A DNA stretch of 64,000 nucleotides from a virus. Positions 1 to 7,962 of the stretch are shown piece by piece. Each line of letters begins with the position of its first letter. Positions within the stretch are counted from its first letter, which is position 1. The notes below the pieces were generated by a model. That model was not told the origin of the DNA. It ran no database searches and saw only the letters and a list, made by a program, of their open reading frames with translations. Location: UHGV virus genome UHGV-0212009, one strand, 5' to 3'. The position numbers and the translations under genes were made by a program.

Positions 1-9
1 ATTGGCGAT

Positions 10-537
10 ATGTTTCAGAGTTTAAGACCTAATAGTCAGATTTTTATTTTACACAAGGACGGTCGTCCTGTCCTTGAAACGGGTTCGGTTGTAAGTGTAT
101 CTATGCCGATGCCGAAATACCAGGTACCGCCGCTTTTTGGGCAACCACAGGAGATGGTTGTGGATTTGGTGGTAAAGGTAAACAATCAGGACATTACATA
201 TCAGAAGTTGCCTGCATCGGCAGATATTGCGGACTTTAGTCCAAATAATATTGTGATAGCGGACAGCCGCGAGGCGATGAATGCAGAAGTGCTGAGTCTC
301 AAGAATCGGAGTATTGAGACCATTAATAGTGTGGAGTACCACAAAGATGTTGTAAGCGGCTGCGATGTTATCCTTGCAGGGCTTAATCCCGAGTTTGCCG
401 AAAGACGACAGCAACAGGCGGAAATAGACGACCTTAAGGCCCAGATGGCAGAATTGGTGCAAATGAACAAAGACTTAATGGTTCGGCTTGACTCTGAAAC
501 ATCCGCCGTTAAAACAGGAGGAAAAAACAATGGTTAA
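10..537 (+). CDS. Conserved phage hypothetical protein with C-terminal coiled coil
   Basis: 175-aa ORF overlapping the next gene; resembles a family I recall from Bacteroidota phages. Confidence 0.8.
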   Translation: MFQSLRPNSQIFILHKDGRPVLETGSVVSVSMPMPKYQVPPLFGQPQEMVVDLVVKVNNQDITYQKLPASADIADFSPNNIVIADSREAMNAEVLSLKNRSIETINSVEYHKDVVSGCDVILAGLNPEFAERRQQQAEIDDLKAQMAELVQMNKDLMVRLDSETSAVKTGGKNNG

Positions 538-793
538 ATATTGGAATATACGAGAAGAGCACGGCGATCGTGAACGCGAGGAAGATATGAGCGAAGACTA
601 TGAGTGCGGATACGAGGATGGATATGAAGACGGCTACGAGGATGCAACGCAGGAGATGCGCAATCGAGACGAAGATGAACGTCCACATCGTAGGTCCATG
701 AAAAGAGGACGCTCCAATTCTTTTGTGGAAGGCGAAGACAGAGGCATGCTTGAAGAACGGAAGCATCGCAGTTCCATGAGACATTATAAGTAG
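530..793 (+). CDS. Charged low-complexity hypothetical protein (GYED repeats)
   Basis: ATG at 530 after A-rich leader; YECGYEDGYEDGYEDA. Confidence 0.75.
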   Translation: MVKYWNIREEHGDREREEDMSEDYECGYEDGYEDGYEDATQEMRNRDEDERPHRRSMKRGRSNSFVEGEDRGMLEERKHRSSMRHYK

Positions 794-796
794 CCT

Positions 797-1219
797 ATGG
801 AAAGGAAGAGACTTGATATGAGCGAAAGAATGCCTTACGGAATGGAGGAGTATCTCAGCGCGTATGGCTGGCACTTCAATAAGAAGCTGTGTGAATGGGC
901 AGTATCCAAAATGCGGAGAAGAGACAGGAACACGGGGGATGAAGAATCAATCCGGATGTTATCAAAAGAAGACCTGGATACGGTCTTCCGCAGATATGGC
1001 ATTGAACCGTCGGACTTCATAGCTTATGATGCTGTATATGTATATCACATGGCAATGTCGGATTATTTTGGCAATTCTTTGATTGATGAGCGGCATCTGG
1101 TTCTCTTCGTGAAAGACTATCTTGGAGATATAGATGGTTATAAAGAGGTTGCTATGACGCGGTTTTATGCTGATTGTATTGGCCGCGGCGAAATGCCGGA
1201 TTGGGAAGATTGTCTTTAA
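797..1219 (+). CDS. Conserved phage hypothetical protein
   Basis: 140-aa ORF, YGWHFNKKLCEWAVSKM motif, in operon with upstream genes. Confidence 0.8.
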   Translation: MERKRLDMSERMPYGMEEYLSAYGWHFNKKLCEWAVSKMRRRDRNTGDEESIRMLSKEDLDTVFRRYGIEPSDFIAYDAVYVYHMAMSDYFGNSLIDERHLVLFVKDYLGDIDGYKEVAMTRFYADCIGRGEMPDWEDCL

Positions 1220-1222
1220 GAA

Positions 1223-1264
1223 GTAAAAATAGACCGACCAATTAAGAGTTATCTCTCATTTTTG
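1223..1264 (+). promoter_or_regulatory. Putative late promoter copy 1
   Basis: GTAAAAATAGACCG, 20 nt, CATTTTTG. Confidence 0.7.
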
Positions 1265-1293
1265 CGTGCAGAGTGAATGATATTTCGTTATTG

Positions 1294-1337
1294 CCGGACG
1301 AGGCGTGTTAAGCATTCCTCGCCCGGTTTTATTTTTT
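1294..1337 (+). terminator. Terminator-like hairpin in leader
   Basis: CCGGACGAGG...CCTCGCCCGG followed by T-rich tract. Confidence 0.5.
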
Positions 1338-1343
1338 GATTAT

Positions 1344-1769
1344 ATGGATATTGTATTAAACATATCAAATCTTACTGGCGACATCGGAGCCAAATACCTT
1401 CAAGAGATGGGTGACGCAGATCCGATACCGCCGAAAGGAACATTAATACAGAGCCTAAATGAAGCCAACGCACGCCTTACGGCTATTCTTGGTAGGTTTG
1501 TAGAATTGACTTATCAGGAATATGCCGATGATTCTCTTGCTGTTGGCGATTGTTATGTTTATAAGCTGCTGCTCTCGTCTCGGAGGGCATCTGGAAAAAT
1601 ACAAGCTATTACAGATTTGATGCACTCGTATCTTGTCAATGCCGTGTTGTCTAAGATATATGCCATATCCGGGCACACAGAAGTCGCAGAAATGCACGAG
1701 AAGATGTCTGTTTCAGACGCAGGGACTATAACTCAAATGCTTCATAGCAAAATACCACCGATGTTATGA
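1344..1769 (+). CDS. Hypothetical protein, possible head-tail adaptor
   Basis: ATG 1344; helical protein, LMHSYLVNAVL similar to next gene; under late motif. Confidence 0.6.
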   Translation: MDIVLNISNLTGDIGAKYLQEMGDADPIPPKGTLIQSLNEANARLTAILGRFVELTYQEYADDSLAVGDCYVYKLLLSSRRASGKIQAITDLMHSYLVNAVLSKIYAISGHTEVAEMHEKMSVSDAGTITQMLHSKIPPML

Positions 1770-2302
1770 TTGAATATATCAATAAAGAGCCGCGAACCAA
1801 ACAGCGCAAGATAACCATACATAAGTCCCAGGTGCTTTATGATATGGATGCAATGACATATAAGCTCTCTGAGGTCGCCATCGATGGAGATTCCGGAGAT
1901 AAGCTTTCCACGGACACGGAAGACCGGCTTGACGGAACTATCGTAAGTCAGTTCATAGAATCTCGCGAGGCTCTGTTACGCAAGCGTCTTGCGTTTTGTC
2001 TTGTTCCTGAAGAAATCCTTGAAGTGGATAATATGGGGTCGCTTGATGCGGATTATGTGTTCAATTTCATACTCCCTCAATCGTTCAATGATGGGGATCT
2101 GCGCCCTGCGATGAAGTTTATGCATGACTACATCGTCCGTGGGGCTCTTGCGGATTGGTACACATCTCTGGGGACCAACTATGGAATTGCATTTGCCCAG
2201 CAAGCGGAGACGGACGAAAACATGTTGTTAGATATTTTTAGGGCTCCAGGGTTTGTGAGACATCCTGGATTGATTGCTCAGAAATCATATAAAATCAGAT
2301 AG
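1766..2302 (+). CDS. Hypothetical protein, possible head-tail adaptor
   Basis: 178 aa; FMHDYIVRGALADWY; ATGA overlap with previous gene. Confidence 0.6.
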   Translation: MIEYINKEPRTKQRKITIHKSQVLYDMDAMTYKLSEVAIDGDSGDKLSTDTEDRLDGTIVSQFIESREALLRKRLAFCLVPEEILEVDNMGSLDADYVFNFILPQSFNDGDLRPAMKFMHDYIVRGALADWYTSLGTNYGIAFAQQAETDENMLLDIFRAPGFVRHPGLIAQKSYKIR

Positions 2303-2304
2303 AT

Positions 2305-2619
2305 ATGCCAAAAGGATTCAAAGCAGGAGGGAGGAAAGCCGGTGATGGTAACAAGAAGACTGGTGGCCGCAAGGAAGGCACTCCTAATAAAATTACTAAA
2401 AAGGCCAAGGAAGTTATTGTGTGTATAGTTGATAATAACGCAGAGAAAGCACAAAAGATGCTTGATCTCATTGTGGAACCTAAAGACTGGTTGCAGATCT
2501 ATATCAAACTCTGTGAGTTTGTCATTCCTAAGCAGGCGGCAGTTACGATGTCTGCCAGTGCGGGAACGGCGGATTTGCGAACCGAATTGCAAATTTTAGC
2601 GGAGACAGAAGAACAATAA
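2305..2619 (+). CDS. Probable terminase small subunit
   Basis: Basic N-terminus with GGRKEGTPNK motif typical of TerS-like proteins. Confidence 0.55.
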   Translation: MPKGFKAGGRKAGDGNKKTGGRKEGTPNKITKKAKEVIVCIVDNNAEKAQKMLDLIVEPKDWLQIYIKLCEFVIPKQAAVTMSASAGTADLRTELQILAETEEQ

Positions 2620-2661
2620 TCTAAAAACTCAATTTTTCTTATTTGTAGTTATTAATTGTGG

Positions 2662-2696
2662 AACAAGGGACGCTGTGAAGCATCCCTTGTTTTTTT
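2662..2696 (+). terminator. Intrinsic terminator between convergent genes
   Basis: AACAAGGGA...TCCCTTGTT plus T-run. Confidence 0.8.
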
Positions 2697-3969
2697 ATAG
2701 GTCCGGAATCAGGTTTACTGCTTCCTCTTTTTTCTTATCGACGATCTTGGCGTAGATTTGTGTTACGGCTATGTTTTTATGACCAAGTAATTTGCTGACC
2801 GTGTAGAGATCCGCTCCGTATTCAAGAGTTAAGGTTGCGAATGTATGTCTGGCAACGTGAAATGATACATTCTTGTGTATTCCGGCATCTGATGCCCACT
2901 TATGGATGTTCTCATCTACGTAACATAAGTCGCGCGCTTCGAATATAAGACTATCCGGAGACGCATCGCCTCTATCGGGCAACCATCTTTTAGCGTTTGC
3001 AGATATTGGCACCACTACTAGTCTTCCGGTCTTCTTCATAATCATTTCTGCTCGTCCATTGTCTATCATGCTCCATGTGACACGACGGACATCAGACCAG
3101 CGCAGTCCGGTAAAGCAGGCGAACATAAACATCATTTTATCAATTTCGTTTTTGCATGGCGTATCCGATAGTCTGCGCAGCTCGTCAAGCGATAGGTGCG
3201 CACGCTGAGTCTCCGGCAACTTGGGTCTTTCTGATGTGCGCATTTTGGCGATAGGGTTCATAGGTATGATCTCCTGGCGGACCGCCTCATTCAAGAACAA
3301 TCCAATGTGTGCGAAATATCGGTATATTGTGTATTTCGATAATTTGGCACGTCTCTTCGGGGTGCGCCGTCTTTGCATTGCATAGATGATCGTGCTCTTG
3401 GAAATCTTTAATTCTTTTGCAATCTCTTGATTGGTTTTTGTCTTCCGCAGCTCCGTAATGCGTTCAAGCGTTTCTTTAGAGAGAGTCTTCTTGTATGAGA
3501 AATGATATTTAAGGTTTCTTTCCTTGGCGGACTCGAATTCTCCCAGAAAATCCACGAAGTCTTTAAGCATGCTCGCAGTTATATCGATGATCTTCATTTC
3601 TGTTCCTGCGAACTCCACCCATAGCCCTAAAGAGCGGCTCATGGCAGCACAATAAGAACTGCTCATTCTTTTTTTGTAATCCTGGATTACGGAGTCTCCG
3701 AATTCGAGCATTGTCACCTTCTTGCGGAATGGAGAGACGAATCCGGCCGAATTGCTTTGCAGTTCGATAAGCCTTTTCGCAAGAATGGTTTCGGCTGCTC
3801 GCATTGCGTTTTTGTTTGCAGCTTTAACGGCAGGGGACGTCCCCGGATTCAGATAGATCCGTAGCGTCTCATACTGTCTCACTCCGTCCTGATAATAGTC
3901 CAGATAGAGAGAGTATCCTCCGTTCTTGAGTTTCTTCTTTCGAAGCGTAATTGGACCCTTATTATTCAT
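2695..3969 (-). CDS. int: Tyrosine integrase
   Basis: Arm-binding N-terminus (SLYLDYY), catalytic R (TGLRWSD), K (KKTG), HxxR (FHVARHTFAT), LLGH, Y (TQIYA); start likely ATG 3969. Confidence 0.95.
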   Translation of the reverse strand: MNNKGPITLRKKKLKNGGYSLYLDYYQDGVRQYETLRIYLNPGTSPAVKAANKNAMRAAETILAKRLIELQSNSAGFVSPFRKKVTMLEFGDSVIQDYKKRMSSSYCAAMSRSLGLWVEFAGTEMKIIDITASMLKDFVDFLGEFESAKERNLKYHFSYKKTLSKETLERITELRKTKTNQEIAKELKISKSTIIYAMQRRRTPKRRAKLSKYTIYRYFAHIGLFLNEAVRQEIIPMNPIAKMRTSERPKLPETQRAHLSLDELRRLSDTPCKNEIDKMMFMFACFTGLRWSDVRRVTWSMIDNGRAEMIMKKTGRLVVVPISANAKRWLPDRGDASPDSLIFEARDLCYVDENIHKWASDAGIHKNVSFHVARHTFATLTLEYGADLYTVSKLLGHKNIAVTQIYAKIVDKKKEEAVNLIPDL

Positions 3970-3977
3970 GGCTTTCC

Positions 3978-4219
3978 CGAGTAACAAACGAGCAACAAAT
4001 ATAATAAAAAATGGGGAGAATATAGTGGTCTAAAGTAGAATAAAAAACGATAACGCAAGGCCGTAAATGCTTGATATGTAATAAAAAACCTAAAATCATA
4101 TGCATATTTAATATAAAATCCATTGAATTTTTCAGAAAATAATATCTATTACCTAACTTATTTATAATTAAATTGTTGCGCTTGTTTTGCCGTGTTACGA
4201 GTAACAACTGAGCAACAAA
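3978..4219. other. Putative attP with arm-type repeats
   Basis: CGAGTAACAAnnGAGCAACAAA at 3978-3999 and 4198-4219 flanking an AT-rich non-coding ~200 bp next to int. Confidence 0.7.
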
Positions 4220-4223
4220 AGAG

Positions 4224-4328
4224 CGGGCATTAAAATAGATTGTACCTTTCTTATGGCATCAATCTGTGGGCAAAATTGGTTGGACGCAGACTGCTCGAAA
4301 GGTATCAGTAAAACTGTTTTAATGCCCG
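4224..4328 (-). terminator. Long hairpin at 3' end of the leftward immunity operon
   Basis: CGGGCATTAAAATAG/CTGTTTTAATGCCCG and TACCTTTC/GAAAGGTA arms; U-rich tail on minus strand. Confidence 0.55.
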
Positions 4329-4334
4329 GTTGAA

Positions 4335-4838
4335 TCATACGTCCACTTTTACGTTTGTGTTGCTTATTCCCGTATTGACGGACTTCTCCACAATCCGGTC
4401 ATACTTGTCCACGAGGTTGTAGTATTCTTCTCTGCTACGGTCCAATTTCTCTTGTAGCCGGTCGCACTTCTTCTGCAATTCTTTGTTCTGTTGAGCATCA
4501 CTCTGGTGCAGATGCTTTGCGGAGATCAATTCTTCTCGTAGGCTAAATATAATACTACTGTAGTTATCTCGCAGTTTATCTATGGCTTTGGTGAGTTCGA
4601 TGTTTGCCTGAATGAGAAAGGTGTTATTAGCAAGTGCCGTATCGCGCGATCGTGTCATGGCATTGAGTTGGGTGTCGCACAGAGTGGATAGAGAGGCAGC
4701 AGCTTCCGAAAGTTTGGTGACCATTAAATTGGTATCATTGATGCGATCTTCCGAAGCCTGGAGCATTTCAAGGAAGACTGGCTCTACAACTTTGTGCAGG
4801 GCTTCTTCGTAGATGATTCTAGTGTCTTCTTCATCCAT
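4335..4838 (-). CDS. Coiled-coil hypothetical protein
   Basis: ATG 4838 (MDEEDTR) directly after upstream stop; heptad pattern. Confidence 0.7.
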   Translation of the reverse strand: MDEEDTRIIYEEALHKVVEPVFLEMLQASEDRINDTNLMVTKLSEAAASLSTLCDTQLNAMTRSRDTALANNTFLIQANIELTKAIDKLRDNYSSIIFSLREELISAKHLHQSDAQQNKELQKKCDRLQEKLDRSREEYYNLVDKYDRIVEKSVNTGISNTNVKVDV

Positions 4839-4839
4839 A

Positions 4840-5202
4840 TTATCGACGCGGCTTAAACTTTTCCCAAAGGACCTCACCGATGCATATAGGAAGTCCTACT
4901 ATAAACACTAACAGTATGCTTGCGGTCATGGACTTCGGGTCTTGTCCGAACAAGTATCCTGCCGGCATAGCGAAACATCCAGCCATGGTGCAGCATAGCC
5001 ATGGATAAGTAAGATAGAATTTCTTGGCGATTTTCCCGTGGAGAATGCCAAGTGTAGCAGCAAAAAGGAAGCCAGACAATACAAAGAATGCGTTCTGTGT
5101 GTCAAGACCTAAAATGGCCGGCGAGAAGTATTCCCAAATGAGTGGCACCACCGTTATGAAAAAGACAATAACGGAACTGTACTCTCTTTCATTTGCATTC
5201 AT
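4840..5202 (-). CDS. Membrane protein (about 4 TM), possible superinfection exclusion
   Basis: Four hydrophobic segments; co-oriented with repressors. Confidence 0.65.
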   Translation of the reverse strand: MNANEREYSSVIVFFITVVPLIWEYFSPAILGLDTQNAFFVLSGFLFAATLGILHGKIAKKFYLTYPWLCCTMAGCFAMPAGYLFGQDPKSMTASILLVFIVGLPICIGEVLWEKFKPRR

Positions 5203-5204
5203 AA

Positions 5205-5576
5205 TTATTTATTTAAGAGTTTTTGAATGATTGTCCAATAGCGGTCTCGTTCTCTTTCGAGTTCTGAGATGCGGTCCTGTAAGGCAGCCAAGTGTTCCTC
5301 CAAAGCAATGCGGCTACCGATATTAATGGAAGCTTTGCTGTGAGATGAAGCATTGGCGGAGATGCTCGTATTATTACTGTCTCTGGTCAGTGCGGTCATG
5401 TCCCAGCCTTGGTCGTTCTTCATAAGCTTGTCGTACTTATCTTTTGGCATGTCGCACTTGCCGCGCTCTATGGCGCATATAAACTGTCTCCCCACACCCA
5501 GATACTCTCCGAGCTGTGTCTGGGTGATGTTGTTGTCTTTCCTGAACAACTTTAATCTTAAATTCCAGGGTTCCAT
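5205..5576 (-). CDS. XRE-family HTH repressor paralogue 1
   Basis: LKLFRKDNNITQTQLGEYLGVGRQFICAIERG; GWDMTAL; coiled-coil tail. Confidence 0.9.
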   Translation of the reverse strand: MEPWNLRLKLFRKDNNITQTQLGEYLGVGRQFICAIERGKCDMPKDKYDKLMKNDQGWDMTALTRDSNNTSISANASSHSKASINIGSRIALEEHLAALQDRISELERERDRYWTIIQKLLNK

Positions 5577-5920
5577 TTTGACATAAGTTTTTGAATTATT
5601 TCCCAGTACTGCGCGCTGCGCTTCTTTTCCTCCTCAAGCAAGGTATTCAGGCGCTCAATCTCTTTTCGCATGTTATCGGCTTCAGTAGAGCCAATGCTTA
5701 CAGATGCGGAGCTGTGGTTGCTTGCATTGGCAGTAACATTGCCTATAAGCATGGAAGTATCCCAGCCGTTAGGGTTGTTTAAAAGTTTTGTCAACTTATC
5801 GGGCGGCAATTTTGCCGTTCCTCCCTCTATTCTTGAGATAAAACTTTTACCTATATCCAAATAATCACCGAGTTCGCTCTGTGTAAGGTTGTTATCGAAT
5901 CTAAATTTTTTTAAGTCCAT
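5558..5920 (-). CDS. XRE-family HTH repressor paralogue 2
   Basis: LKKFRFDNNLTQSELGDYLDIGKSFISRIEGG; GWDTSML. Confidence 0.9.
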   Translation of the reverse strand: MDLKKFRFDNNLTQSELGDYLDIGKSFISRIEGGTAKLPPDKLTKLLNNPNGWDTSMLIGNVTANASNHSSASVSIGSTEADNMRKEIERLNTLLEEEKKRSAQYWEIIQKLMSKWNPGI

Positions 5921-5949
5921 AATATTTAATCAACATTAAACCTTAACCG

Positions 5950-5980
5950 TTGGAAGTTTCATCAACTTTGTTTACCTTTG
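5950..5980 (+). promoter_or_regulatory. Divergent promoter of repressor 2 with spacer palindrome
   Basis: TTG-N20-TACCTTTG; AAGTT-N5-AACTT. Confidence 0.65.
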
Positions 5981-6032
5981 TGGTCGTTGACACGTTGTCA
6001 AAACAAATCAAACGGTTATGAATACACAAGTT

Positions 6033-6392
6033 TTATCGCGCGAGCAGTTTCTGAATCATCTCCCAGTACTGGGCGGAGCGCGTTTTCTCTTCTTCGAGCA
6101 GGGCTTTCAGGCGCTCGATTTCTTTCCGCATGTTGTCCACCTCGGCAGAACCAATGCTCACAGATGCCGAACTATGGTTGTTGGCATTAGCGGTAACATT
6201 GCCCATAAGCATAGATGTATCCCATCCATTGGGGTTACTGATAAGCCTAGCGAGATGCATGTATGGGAGCTTCCTGTCTCCATGTTCAATCTGAGAGAGA
6301 AAAGACTTCTGCACGCCTCCTCCAAGATAATCAGCGACTTGTTGTTGTGTTAAATGGTTCGCTGTTCTAAAAGCCTTTAGTTGATTCTCCAT
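6033..6392 (-). CDS. XRE-family HTH repressor paralogue 3
   Basis: LKAFRTANHLTQQQVADYLGGGVQKSFLSQIEHG; GWDTSML. Confidence 0.9.
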   Translation of the reverse strand: MENQLKAFRTANHLTQQQVADYLGGGVQKSFLSQIEHGDRKLPYMHLARLISNPNGWDTSMLMGNVTANANNHSSASVSIGSAEVDNMRKEIERLKALLEEEKTRSAQYWEMIQKLLAR

Positions 6393-6420
6393 ATACCTTA
6401 AAATTTATTTAGCAAAAGTG

Positions 6421-6451
6421 TTGCAAATGTTTAGCAGTTTGCATAACTTTG
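6421..6451 (+). promoter_or_regulatory. Divergent promoter of repressor 3 with palindrome
   Basis: TTG-N20-TAACTTTG; TGCAAA-N10-TTTGCA. Confidence 0.7.
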
Positions 6452-6454
6452 CAG

Positions 6455-6781
6455 TCAGTGACACCAACGTTCAAGCATGGCAATGTATTTATCACATCTT
6501 TCGCGTTCCGTTTTCAGTTGCTCTCGTAGTAACTCGATTTCTCTTTGCAGGGCTTTAATGTCCGCGGGGGTAGCCGGCTCGTCGGCTTCGGTAACGTCCC
6601 CTGTGAGCATGGATGTGTCCCAGCCACGGTCATTACTAAGTAACTTATTCAGTTTATCGTCTGGTAACTTATTATCCCCACGTTCTACTTTCGTGATGAA
6701 TGGCGCGGATACACCGAGGAACGCGGCGACATTCATTTGTGTTAAGCCGTTTACTTTCCTAAATGTTTTCAAATCAACCAT
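6455..6781 (-). CDS. XRE-family HTH repressor paralogue 4 (probable primary cI-like)
   Basis: LKTFRKVNGLTQMNVAAFLGVSAPFITKVERG; divergent from cro-like gene; start ATG 6781. Confidence 0.9.
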   Translation of the reverse strand: MVDLKTFRKVNGLTQMNVAAFLGVSAPFITKVERGDNKLPDDKLNKLLSNDRGWDTSMLTGDVTEADEPATPADIKALQREIELLREQLKTERERCDKYIAMLERWCH

Positions 6782-6828
6782 ATGCACATGTGAATTAAAT
6801 AAGGTTGCCAAAAATAAGTTAATAACTG

Positions 6829-6859
6829 TTGCAAATGTAAGTAAAAATAACTTACTTTG
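6829..6859 (+). promoter_or_regulatory. Early lytic promoter with operator-like palindrome
   Basis: TTG-N20-TTACTTTG; GTAAGT-N7-ACTTAC at 6837-6855. Confidence 0.7.
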
Positions 6860-6910
6860 CATCAGTGTTCAATCGCTTTTGTGTACGATGACACATTTTA
6901 TTATTGACTA

Positions 6911-6940
6911 CAAATATAAAATAAAAATATGGTAAACCAA
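6911..6940 (-). promoter_or_regulatory. Lysogenic (repressor) promoter, facing the lytic promoter
   Basis: Minus strand TTG-N19-TATATTTG. Confidence 0.65.
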
Positions 6941-7180
6941 ACAACAGATGCTATTAACAGTATGACTTTCGCGGACTTATACAAGACGTTAAGCAAGTCA
7001 CAACGCCTGTCTTTGCGCTTGCGCATCGTAAATCTGACACATTGCAGCGAGGCTTCCATACGAAGCTGGACTATTCATCGTAGAAATCCTGGTTCTGTCT
7101 ATCGCATGTACATCGTCAAGGCTCTTGCCAGTATGGGCATCAAGACAAACGAGGAGGCATTATTCCCTAATGATAATTAA
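6929..7180 (+). CDS. Cro-like regulator
   Basis: 83 aa, HTH-like CSEASIRSWTIHRRNP; first gene of rightward operon. Confidence 0.65.
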   Translation: MVNQTTDAINSMTFADLYKTLSKSQRLSLRLRIVNLTHCSEASIRSWTIHRRNPGSVYRMYIVKALASMGIKTNEEALFPNDN

Positions 7181-7182
7181 TC

Positions 7183-7440
7183 ATGGAAGAAAACACTATC
7201 GCTCAGAGGCTCGATGAGCTAAAGACGCTGACACTGCTTGGCGTGAAGGATATGCTTACGGTAGATGACGTATCGCTCCTTACCGGATTCAAGAAGACCT
7301 ACATCCGGAAAATGGCAGAGGAGGGAACACTCCCTTACTACAAGCCATTTGGACGCAAGCTCTTTTTCAAAAAGGATGAAATTAACAAACTGCTCCAAGG
7401 CGGCAGAGTCCCGTCCGTCGCAGAGCTTCTAAAAATCTAA
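7183..7440 (+). CDS. xis: Excisionase-like HTH protein
   Basis: MLTVDDVSLLTGFKKTYIRKMAEEGTLPYYKPFGRKLFF. Confidence 0.85.
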   Translation: MEENTIAQRLDELKTLTLLGVKDMLTVDDVSLLTGFKKTYIRKMAEEGTLPYYKPFGRKLFFKKDEINKLLQGGRVPSVAELLKI

Positions 7441-7446
7441 CAACAC

Positions 7447-7749
7447 ATGGATATGGGAAAAATGGAAAAAACCCTTATGGAGAAATTGCCCAGGTATATG
7501 TGGCTTTTCTTGATGTTCATTACAGCAATGGGCGTAATCTTCGCTGGCGCCTATTGGCATCTCTTTACAATGCTCATTTGCGGCATTATGTATCTCACTC
7601 TCACTATCGAAGAAAAGGATGCGGCTCAGGCGGCAGAGGAGGAAACTCTTCGGAAAGCAGAAGACGTGCTGAAAGATTTGAAAAAATCAGATGCTGACAA
7701 GAATGATAATGAGCAAAGAAAATCAACAGAGAGCGATAGCCGATCTTAA
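7447..7749 (+). CDS. Two-TM membrane protein
   Basis: Two hydrophobic helices then charged tail. Confidence 0.7.
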   Translation: MDMGKMEKTLMEKLPRYMWLFLMFITAMGVIFAGAYWHLFTMLICGIMYLTLTIEEKDAAQAAEEETLRKAEDVLKDLKKSDADKNDNEQRKSTESDSRS

Positions 7750-7794
7750 AGCTTGGCTACTCTCCAAGAGAGAACCCGAAACGGTAGAATCAGT

Positions 7795-7962
7795 ATGGGA
7801 AAATACTTTAAAAGGCCGCTCCTTGACGGCTACGAGACTGAAGAAGAGTACTACGCAGCAATAGAGGCCATGGAGGACGCGGAGTCCCTTTACGAGGATT
7901 CTTATAGGGAAAGTGAAATCATTAAACAACTTGAAAGCGATGAACAATCTGGATTGGTATAA
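7795..7962 (+). CDS. Small acidic protein
   Basis: MGKYFKRPLLDGYETEEEYYAAIEAMEDAESLYED. Confidence 0.55.
   Translation: MGKYFKRPLLDGYETEEEYYAAIEAMEDAESLYEDSYRESEIIKQLESDEQSGLV

Noticed and set aside
3962..4207. 81-aa minus-strand ORF
   Set aside because: Lies over the AT-rich attP-like region with a non-ATG start
4231..4242. TAAAATAGATTG as a sixth late motif
   Set aside because: Partial match only, and part of a hairpin arm
6018..6353. ORF MNTQVLSREQF as a cro gene
   Set aside because: Almost entirely antisense to repressor 3; only the first few codons could be a remnant
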